DNA of 64,000 nucleotides, taken from positions 897,082-961,081 of the forward strand of contig CBDFMH010000005.1 in assembly GCA_965249545.1 (NCBI GenBank), written 5' to 3'. Of this stretch, positions 57,168 to 64,000 are shown piece by piece. Each line of letters starts with the position of its first letter. Within the stretch, counting starts at the first letter, position 1. The translations under genes were made by a program, and so were the position numbers. Below the pieces are notes generated by a model. That model worked only from the letters and a program-made list of their open reading frames with translations. It made no database searches and was not told the origin of the DNA. The DNA is from Pirellulales bacterium (GTDB lineage Bacteria; Planctomycetota; Planctomycetia; Pirellulales; UBA1268).

Positions 57168-59069
57168 TCAGTTCGTGTTTCCTTTTTCAACGTCTCCGGT
57201 CTCTCCCTTACCTCCGGAAATGTAAGTGAGAATTTTGACGAAAGAGGCTCCCCGATTGGTCATGTTTGGATAGAGAATGCGTTTTTCTTTCCAGAGTTTA
57301 CCGACCCGTGCGCGTTGTTTGGGTGTGAGACCAGCCATGACCTTGTCAACGTAGGCCTGGTGGCTGCTTCCTTGGTAGCCGTCTGGAAGGGAATTCTTTT
57401 CGATGCGAGCCAAGAGGTCCGCGGTTTTCGAACTCGATGTCTCGGCGATGGGCCGTTGTAACGCGTTTCCCCGGGGCTTCTTCGCTGCGGTCAGATCCTC
57501 TGGGGTGACATATTCCGGTCCATCGGTCATGACACTTGTGTGGATGAGGTTGGCCTGCTTTTTCATGTGTGCGATGAGCCTGGGATGCTTTTTCGAAATG
57601 TCGTTTTGCTGACCGATATCCTTCGAGAGGTCATAGAGCTCAACCCGATCGACACCTCCTTTTTTCATGAGAGGGATCAAAGCTTCATTAAAGTAGAACA
57701 AGGACCGAAATTCATCGCGCAGCCGGTTGGCTTCTGGATTGGCAAATCGGCCGTTGAACATGCGGGACCGCAGATCCAATCCGCCCAGTTCCTTTTCAAT
57801 GTTGTCCCCAAGAGCAGTCTTGGTCTGCTGCAGCAAACGGTTCGCCTTGGCACTATCAAAAGGGAGTCTGACTGTGCTCGGCGCCAAAAGGGTGTGGCTA
57901 CCCATTCGAAGCGCCATGGTGGAGCCGTTCATCCAGAAAAGCGGCTGATGACGTTCAAAATTACCTGTTCCGGTGAGCAAAGGAGTGAGGTCTGAACCGT
58001 CGAGGAAGACGTTCTTAGGTTTCTCGATGCCAAGAAGCCCACAGATGGTGGGAAGCAGGTCAACGGCTCCAGCAGGCTCTTTCTCAACGCGACCACCAAT
58101 GATCTTTCTTTTCCAGTAGAAGATCCCCGGCACTCGGTGGCCGCCTTCATAATGTGATCCCTTTTTGCCGCGCAGTTCCCCGCTGCGCTCTTGTCGGTAG
58201 CTACCGTTATCGGAGGAGTAGTGAATGATCGTGTTATCGAGCTCGCCGAGTTCTTTGAGCTTGTTGATGAGTCGCCCGATGGCACGGTCTGTATTGTCGA
58301 TGGTGCCGTTGTAGATGGCAGCCTGATCGTTCAGCGAACCATATTCGGAGACGATCTCGTCGGGGGCTGCAATGACGGCGTGAGGTTCATTGAACCAAAT
58401 ATTGATGAAAAATGGTGCGTCGGTTCCATGTTTGTCGATCCAGTCAATAGCTTCATCGACAACGAGCTGGCAGGAGTAACCTTTCATGGGCCCAACGGGT
58501 TTACCGTTGCGCAGAAAGTTGGTGGGATCTTTGTGACTCGGATTAGCACCATTGACCAGGCCGAACCAGTAGTCGAATCCATGATCGGACGGGGTGGGAT
58601 TGCTGCGCCCGTTAACAGGCATGCCGAGATGCCACTTGCCAAAGTGAGCGGTGCCGAAGCCTTCGCCTTTCAGGACCTCGGCGAGTGTCGTTTCACTCCG
58701 AAGGAGATGCATTTTGTGACGCTGTTCACTGAGGACGGAATAGACTCCGGCACGGATGTGGTTACGGCCAGTGAGAAAAGTGGCACGGGAAGGAGAGCAG
58801 ACCGGTGCCCCGGAGTGGAAGTCAGTGAAGCGCACGCCTTCGGCAGCCAACGTGTCAAGTACCGGTGTATTGACTGGCCCCCCGTAACAGCCAATGTCGC
58901 GGTAGCCGAGGTCGTCAACGAGGAGGGTGATGACGTTTGGTGGTTTTCGGTTGCTCTTTGTAGTGGAAAACGTCTTTCCATTTTGTTTCTGAGATGGCCG
59001 AGGTAGTCGGTCATTTTTGTTCCAGTCGCATAGCTTCCGGACTGTGTGTTTTTGTTTTTTGGGAGCCAT
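57168..59069 (-). CDS. Sulfatase (S1, Cys-type) with C-terminal ~70-aa conserved module
   Basis: Motifs are VITLLVDDLGYRD, CSPSRATFLTGR, GKWHLG, SSDNGS and VELYDLSKD. A C-terminal extension ends in the shared module. Confidence 0.9.
   Translation of the reverse strand: MAPKKQKHTVRKLCDWNKNDRLPRPSQKQNGKTFSTTKSNRKPPNVITLLVDDLGYRDIGCYGGPVNTPVLDTLAAEGVRFTDFHSGAPVCSPSRATFLTGRNHIRAGVYSVLSEQRHKMHLLRSETTLAEVLKGEGFGTAHFGKWHLGMPVNGRSNPTPSDHGFDYWFGLVNGANPSHKDPTNFLRNGKPVGPMKGYSCQLVVDEAIDWIDKHGTDAPFFINIWFNEPHAVIAAPDEIVSEYGSLNDQAAIYNGTIDNTDRAIGRLINKLKELGELDNTIIHYSSDNGSYRQERSGELRGKKGSHYEGGHRVPGIFYWKRKIIGGRVEKEPAGAVDLLPTICGLLGIEKPKNVFLDGSDLTPLLTGTGNFERHQPLFWMNGSTMALRMGSHTLLAPSTVRLPFDSAKANRLLQQTKTALGDNIEKELGGLDLRSRMFNGRFANPEANRLRDEFRSLFYFNEALIPLMKKGGVDRVELYDLSKDIGQQNDISKKHPRLIAHMKKQANLIHTSVMTDGPEYVTPEDLTAAKKPRGNALQRPIAETSSSKTADLLARIEKNSLPDGYQGSSHQAYVDKVMAGLTPKQRARVGKLWKEKRILYPNMTNRGASFVKILTYISGGKGETGDVEKGNTN
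57210..57422 (-). other. Conserved ~70-aa module, copy A (C-terminus of sulfatase 57168-59069)
   Basis: ADLLARIEKNSLPDGYQGSSHQAYVDKVMAGLTPKQRARVGKLWKEKRILYPNMTNRGASFVKILTYISGG. Confidence 0.7.
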
Positions 59070-59078
59070 TTTTTTAGT

Positions 59079-60527
59079 TCACATATCTGTGTATCGCGTG
59101 TCATTGGCGAGGTTCTTCCACTGATTGGGGTCTTTGGTGGCATCGTAGAGCTCCTCATCACCGGCGCTATAACGAATGTAATGCCAATGCTTGGAACGGA
59201 CTGCGTGGTCTCCACGTAGGCTGACTACGGCCGGATTGGGCCATTTTGTTTTCGGATGAAGAAGGAGTGGTGCGATACTACGTCCATCGAGTCTGTCGCG
59301 GGCTGGCAATCCACAGAGCTCGACCAGTGTGGGGTAGAGATCTACGAGGCTGACCGGTTGCTGGCATTGTTTGCCACCAGTCGCTGCCAAGTCTGGAGTG
59401 GAAATGATAAGCGGCGTTTTCGAACCTTGTTCCCATAGCGTTAGCTTGGAGATGCGGTCTTTTTGGCCAATGTGAAAGCCATGGTCGCCCCATAAGACGA
59501 TGATTGTATTATCGGCGTACTTACTTTTTTCCAATGCATCCAGAACAACTCCAACACAGGCATCCGCGAATGAGCACGAAGCGAGGTACCCTTGAACCGC
59601 TTTTTTCCATTCCCCATGTTCACGGATAACGCCAAAGGCCTGGCTTCCACCAGAGCTTTGTCGACGTCCACTTGGCGGCACGTCAGCTAAATCATTTTCA
59701 AGGGTGGCCGGTAGCTTTATTTTCTCCAAGGGATGCATGTCGAAGTATTTCCGCGGCGCATACCAGCGGAGGTGCGGGCGAAAGATACCGCAGGCCAGGA
59801 AGAAGGGCTTGTCGTGATCGCGCAGCAGGAACGCAGCGGCGCCTTCGGCGGTCTTTCTGTCGGCTGTCTCCCTGTCCGGAATGTCAAGTGGCTGCCAATC
59901 TGCCCAATCTTGGTAATACTCTTGTGCCATCTTGTCACTCAATCCATGCAGGAGACGACCATTTTTTGGAAACGGTGTTCCATGCTTGGTCGAATATTGA
60001 TGATTCCAAGAGACAGGGTCAGAGAACTTGCCACTGGGTTTATGAAAGATCTTGCCTCCCATTACCGCTGTGTACCCATGCTGACGAAAGTACTGTGGGA
60101 TCGTCACCAAGTCATGGAATTCTGGCTTGTCGCGGAACCATGAAATAGCATCGCCTTGACCATACCTGCCTTCGTTACTCCAGATATCGATTGTTGATGA
60201 CCGCAAGCCTGTCATCGTCGCCATTCGTGAAGGGTTGCACAAAGGCGCCGAGCAATAGGCCTGTTCGAACAGCATTCCGCGTGATGCAAGCCGATCTATA
60301 TTTGGAGTTTTTGCTTGAGGATGTCCTCCTAAACAACCAATCCAGTCATTTAAATCATCGACGGCGATAAACAGGACGTTCGGCCTGGCTGTTTTCGCGC
60401 CAGCATAAGCCTGTTGCTGAAAAGAAACAAACATGAAGAAGTGAAGTGCGATCAACAGTTTCGGAGCGAATTGCCTTGTTTTCGCTGTGATCTTGATAGA
60501 AAAACGTTTCATTTCACTTCTCAGCAA
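59079..60527 (-). CDS. Sulfatase (S1, Cys-type)
   Basis: Motifs are PNVLFIAVDDLNDW, CNPSRMATMTGL, GKIFH, WGDHGFHIG and DEELYDATKDPNQWKNLA. Confidence 0.9.
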   Translation of the reverse strand: MLRSEMKRFSIKITAKTRQFAPKLLIALHFFMFVSFQQQAYAGAKTARPNVLFIAVDDLNDWIGCLGGHPQAKTPNIDRLASRGMLFEQAYCSAPLCNPSRMATMTGLRSSTIDIWSNEGRYGQGDAISWFRDKPEFHDLVTIPQYFRQHGYTAVMGGKIFHKPSGKFSDPVSWNHQYSTKHGTPFPKNGRLLHGLSDKMAQEYYQDWADWQPLDIPDRETADRKTAEGAAAFLLRDHDKPFFLACGIFRPHLRWYAPRKYFDMHPLEKIKLPATLENDLADVPPSGRRQSSGGSQAFGVIREHGEWKKAVQGYLASCSFADACVGVVLDALEKSKYADNTIIVLWGDHGFHIGQKDRISKLTLWEQGSKTPLIISTPDLAATGGKQCQQPVSLVDLYPTLVELCGLPARDRLDGRSIAPLLLHPKTKWPNPAVVSLRGDHAVRSKHWHYIRYSAGDEELYDATKDPNQWKNLANDTRYTDM

Positions 60528-60547
60528 TGTGTTGGAGACAAAGGTGC

Positions 60548-61504
60548 TTATTTTGGTGCATCTTCAAAATGTGGATACCGATAGTCTGCTTTGTCATTTG
60601 TCGAAACCTTATGCGTTGACCCATCTTCGGGTTTGTAGATATAAAGTTTGCCGCCTGCGTGATAAACGATTGAGGATTCGTCTTTCGACCAACGCGGGTA
60701 TGCAAACCAGACCTGTTTCTCTTGCTCGTTTGCAAACGGCTGTGCGTTGGTTATCGTGCAGCTCGTTGCATCAAAATCTGCAACGTATAGCGTGCGTCCG
60801 GGGACTTGCCGCTTGAAGCCTCGTTGAAACTCAAAGCAGACTCTTGTTTCGGTTGGTGACAGACTGACTCGGTCAAGTACCCCCGTTTGTGCCAAGTCAC
60901 ACTCGATGCGTTCGAATGTCGGATTGGTATTCTTTCCGGGTGTCATCAGGTAGTACCCCATGCCTTGGTCGGTCGGATTCGATCGAACGAGAATCCGTCC
61001 ATCAGTAAGACACGTGTAGGCCCAGGTGTGATGTCCTGTGCTGGTGAGAGCGACTTCTTCTCCTGGTTTTGCACCAACCTTGCTGGCCATCACCACGTAA
61101 CCACCCGTTTGTGGTCTCTTTCGATTCCAGATCGGTGTATTTGTCCCGTCGCGGGTCCAGGTTTGATTGAAGTCCGTATGGGTACCGTCGGTCAATTGAT
61201 GCAGCCCGGTTCCATCGGCATGAATGATGTGTATTGCAGTTTTCCATTTCGAAACGTCAGGATCGTTTTTCAATCTCCGAAAAAAGACCAGCATGTCTCC
61301 CGTCTTCGACCACGAAGGCTTGAAGTCGTTGTGTCCATCAGTCAGTGGCTTATTCTCTAACGCACCATAGGTGTTCACATGGATTTCACCATTCACGTAA
61401 TACGAACCTCGACTAGTTGTCTCATCTGCTGTTGCTTTGTTGCATACGGTGATCTGCATACAAATCAGTGATAGGAAGCAGAACATTGTGAATATGGATT
61501 GCAT
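60548..61504 (-). CDS. PD40/TolB-like beta-propeller protein
   Basis: After a signal peptide there are repeated PD40-like units: FKPSWSKTGDMLVFF, FNQTWTRDGTN and AYPRWSKDESSIVYH. Confidence 0.55.
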   Translation of the reverse strand: MQSIFTMFCFLSLICMQITVCNKATADETTSRGSYYVNGEIHVNTYGALENKPLTDGHNDFKPSWSKTGDMLVFFRRLKNDPDVSKWKTAIHIIHADGTGLHQLTDGTHTDFNQTWTRDGTNTPIWNRKRPQTGGYVVMASKVGAKPGEEVALTSTGHHTWAYTCLTDGRILVRSNPTDQGMGYYLMTPGKNTNPTFERIECDLAQTGVLDRVSLSPTETRVCFEFQRGFKRQVPGRTLYVADFDATSCTITNAQPFANEQEKQVWFAYPRWSKDESSIVYHAGGKLYIYKPEDGSTHKVSTNDKADYRYPHFEDAPK

Positions 61505-61513
61505 GGTTATTTT

Positions 61514-62434
61514 TCAGTCACTGCTTTTGATGTTTTGTTCTTTCATTTCACATACAACTCGAAAGCCGGCAAGATACTCGGGCCTAAAGTGCGATCCTCC
61601 AGAAATGTGTCGCGTTGCCGAGCGAACATCCTGTGCGTTGCTACTAAATCCCCCACCACGCCAAACGTGTAAGCGTCCTTTCTCAGGCCCCTTTGGGTCG
61701 GTGGTGACTTTCTTTATCAGTGTTGTGGGATAGAGGTCGTACTTGTCACTGCACCACTCGCACACGTTGCCGTGCATGTCATAAAGCATCCAGTGATTCG
61801 GTTTTTTTAAACCCCATGGATGCGGATACTGCTCCTTGGCCTTATAGGCATTGTTGAAATACCAGCCATAGTCATCAAGCTTGAAGGGTTTGTTTCCAAA
61901 GTAAAACGCTGTTACCGTGCCGCCGCGGCAGGCATATTCCCATTCGGCTTCGGTTGGCAGCCGGTAGACCCTGCCTTCTTTTTCACTCAAGCGTTTACAA
62001 AATCCTGTAGCTTTTTTGTGAGAAACATACGTAGCAGGAGTGTTTACCGATTCTTTTGTCAAAGGTTCGTCAAGCCAAGGCGTTTCATCCATCACCATGA
62101 TGTAGTGTTCTTGAGTTACCTCAGAGACACTCATGAAAAATGGTGTCGAAATCTGAACTCGATGCAGTGGAGATTCATCTTTCGTGTTGGACCACTTCAC
62201 TTTGGTGTCTGAAGACGTACCCATCTGAAACTCACCAGATGGAATTGGAACAAAAATGAGACCAATTGAATTCTCAAATGCTTGACCGGTCTCACGCTGC
62301 TCCGGTGCTAATGAAGATGCAATAAAACTGAGGCTTGGCGAGGGCTCAGAGCATCCCGCAAGTAAACTAACGGTGAAGCAGAGTGAAACGAGTCCACTCG
62401 TGCGTTGAAGAGTACACCTTTGGAAGGGAGCCAT
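61514..62434 (-). CDS. Formylglycine-generating enzyme (FGE/SUMF1) family protein
   Basis: YRLPTEAEWEYACRGG, HGNVCEWCSD and VWRGGGFSSNAQDVRSATR are FGE-sulfatase domain signatures. A lipoprotein-like signal is present (LLAGCS). Confidence 0.88.
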   Translation of the reverse strand: MAPFQRCTLQRTSGLVSLCFTVSLLAGCSEPSPSLSFIASSLAPEQRETGQAFENSIGLIFVPIPSGEFQMGTSSDTKVKWSNTKDESPLHRVQISTPFFMSVSEVTQEHYIMVMDETPWLDEPLTKESVNTPATYVSHKKATGFCKRLSEKEGRVYRLPTEAEWEYACRGGTVTAFYFGNKPFKLDDYGWYFNNAYKAKEQYPHPWGLKKPNHWMLYDMHGNVCEWCSDKYDLYPTTLIKKVTTDPKGPEKGRLHVWRGGGFSSNAQDVRSATRHISGGSHFRPEYLAGFRVVCEMKEQNIKSSD

Positions 62435-63420
62435 TAAAACTCTCCTACAACTTCACCACTATTTCGGGTATGAATTTTTTGCCATATTCCTCGTTGCTCT
62501 GCGGGTCCACAATTATTTTGAGCGCCTTTGAAATCAATACTTTCTGTCACATATCTGGTAGAGGCATCGGCCATCAAAAACTGTGTTCCACCTGGGTGTT
62601 GGCTTCGCGCCGTCATCTGTCCCGTTGACTGACTGTCGTAGCAGCCCATGGGTGGCGTGCCAAGTGATCCAGATACAGCACAGTTTTCCATATCATCTGA
62701 GTATGGCTGGCGGCTGTTTGGTCGGCTTGCATCGTTGTACATGGCGGCGGTTCCGCTCCCTAACCCCGGCATGGCCCAGCATCCCCGAAGATCATTTTTG
62801 TTCAGGCCTGCTCGCAATTCATTGATCGCTACCGTGTTCGATGTGCCATCACGAAAATCTCGGATACGGATCGAAGAATTGACTGCACCAAACCCACCGT
62901 CAGACTGATTGTCTTGTATGCCATGATGACACGGTGAAACATTCATTCCATAATTTCCACGAGCCCAGTTGCCACCCGCATAGGCACATAGTTCACCGCT
63001 CGAACTCGAATCAGATGGGCAAAGAAAGGCAGTGATTTGTTCCGATCGCTGAGGATTTTGATGTGGGGGGAGATCAAAGTCCCACTGATCGTAGATCACG
63101 CTTTGTTCCATATAGGGAAGAATAAGAACGCACCAATTTGCACTCTTACCAGTTTGATCAGCGATTCGTGTATCGTTTCCTCCTGAGCTGGTAAAAAACG
63201 GAGGGAATGAACGATTTGCATCATGGTAGTTATGAAGCGCGAGACCGATCTGCTTTAAATTATTTTTGCATGACAGCATTCGAGCAGACTCACGTACTTG
63301 CTGTACGGCTGGTAGAAGAAGGCCTATAAGAACTCCAATAATGGCAATAACAACAAGGAGCTCAATGAGCGTGAATGCACGATGATGCGTCATGCGTGAA
63401 TCATTGTTGGTAGATCTCAT
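62434..63420 (-). CDS. DUF1559 protein with prepilin-type N-terminal cleavage/methylation domain
   Basis: [55 protein letters not shown] is the DUF1559 leader. The ORF is open to 63453, and ATG 63420 or 63393 are likelier starts. Its stop overlaps the FGE ATG by 1 nt (TAATG). Confidence 0.88.
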   Translation of the reverse strand: MRSTNNDSRMTHHRAFTLIELLVVIAIIGVLIGLLLPAVQQVRESARMLSCKNNLKQIGLALHNYHDANRSFPPFFTSSGGNDTRIADQTGKSANWCVLILPYMEQSVIYDQWDFDLPPHQNPQRSEQITAFLCPSDSSSSGELCAYAGGNWARGNYGMNVSPCHHGIQDNQSDGGFGAVNSSIRIRDFRDGTSNTVAINELRAGLNKNDLRGCWAMPGLGSGTAAMYNDASRPNSRQPYSDDMENCAVSGSLGTPPMGCYDSQSTGQMTARSQHPGGTQFLMADASTRYVTESIDFKGAQNNCGPAEQRGIWQKIHTRNSGEVVGEF

Positions 63421-63487
63421 TTCGGATACGTGCCTTTTTTCATGAGTAAGCATCTGTTGATATAGATATTTCTAGATGATGCTCATC

Positions 63488-64000
63488 TTATTTCCCCGGA
63501 ATTAATTCTACTTCATGGACCGTGAGCCCACTTGAGCTCCCCGTATTTGTAAATACCCAGAGCCGATCGAGATAGAGCCCATCAGGCGTGCGTGCCAACG
63601 AGTCTTGTTTTTTACGAACACATGGATCAACGGTAAAGTTGCTGAGTTGATAGATGACCTCAAACTCTTTTTGTTCAGCGATTTCAGAAACAGGTTGTTT
63701 TTTCAATAAGTCTCCACGAAACATTCCGGCAAATTCACCATTGCCATATGACACAGCAATACCAAAGTGAACTTGTGCCGAATCATGCAGTCGACCACGA
63801 ACACGGAACGTAGCATGCGGAGTGAGAACAACAGGTGGTCCGCTCCGCCCAGAAACAGGAATTGATAAGAGCGACAGGCTCACGTTTGGATTGTTAACTG
63901 GAATGAATGGAAGAGCCTTTTGAGCAGCTGGTCTTTTTTTTGTTGCCGAAAGCCACTTTCCAAACCCTCCAGCCTGTACATCCAGCTGACTCTTCCAATA
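63488..64000 (-). CDS. Hypothetical protein, 5' end beyond the window edge
   Basis: The reading frame stays open from 63883 to the right edge; I translated it by hand and found no stop. No motif was recognised. It lies on the same strand 34-94 nt upstream of the DUF1559 gene. Confidence 0.5.
   Translation of the reverse strand, partial: YWKSQLDVQAGGFGKWLSATKKRPAAQKALPFIPVNNPNVSLSLLSIPVSGRSGPPVVLTPHATFRVRGRLHDSAQVHFGIAVSYGNGEFAGMFRGDLLKKQPVSEIAEQKEFEVIYQLSNFTVDPCVRKKQDSLARTPDGLYLDRLWVFTNTGSSSGLTVHEVELIPGK

Noticed and set aside
58191-59006. Plus-strand ORF of 271 aa inside the sulfatase gene 57168-59069
   Set aside because: It is antisense to a gene with unmistakable sulfatase motifs. Its translation is low-complexity with no recognisable motif. 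This is the typical mirror ORF of a relatively GC-rich coding region.
1-64000. Search for CRISPR arrays, tRNA/rRNA genes, IS elements, integrases and terminal inverted repeats
   Set aside because: I saw no regularly spaced direct repeats, no cloverleaf-compatible sequence in the intergenic gaps I read (5214-5363, 7503-7767, 11823-12151, 28494-28682, 31474-31651, 47613-47749), and no transposase or integrase-like translations. This was a by-eye scan only, so small or degenerate elements could be missed.

Overview
The window looks like a chromosomal segment from a Planctomycetota-type genome. I infer this from gene content: two DUF1559 prepilin-like proteins, a DUF1592/DUF1552 pair, a TIGR03067-like protein, a Pirellula-type haem-binding domain and many Cys-type sulfatases. 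Nothing was searched against a database.

Positions 1 to about 24900 are ordinary housekeeping genes: lpxD-lpxI, ftsH, dxr-rseP, lepA, ROK glucokinase, sixA-like, TrmH-family methylase, lepB, lptB and a RecQ-family helicase.

Positions about 24900 to 64000 form an accessory region enriched in glycan and sulfate-ester processing genes. It holds six sulfatase catalytic domains, a GH10-like enzyme, a GH29 fucosidase, an alginate-lyase-family protein, esterases, an SMP-30 lactonase, an S8 peptidase, ThuA and DUF3500.

The best candidate for an undescribed system is a tightly packed minus-strand gene array at 47750 to beyond 64000. In transcription order it encodes:
- an unknown protein (partial at the window edge)
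- a DUF1559 pseudopilin-like protein
- a formylglycine-generating enzyme
- a PD40 propeller
- three sulfatases, the last fused to a PQQ-like propeller but frameshifted
- a protein with carboxypeptidase-regulatory-like, CxxCH, propeller and haem-binding domains
- DUF1592
- DUF1552

Gene junctions in this array are 9-34 nt gaps or 1-4 nt overlaps. A conserved module of about 70 aa, which I could not assign to a named family, recurs in three adjacent proteins with different architectures.

Other notable points:
- a FabF-like ketosynthase has its active-site Cys replaced by Asp
- the GH10-like enzyme has His where the acid/base Glu is expected
- there are two frameshift-disrupted genes
- the signal peptidase I is unusually long and carries a split CxxC...CxxC insertion

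I recognised no rRNA, tRNA, CRISPR array, transposase or integrase. All calls rest on by-eye motif recognition in the supplied translations and DNA.
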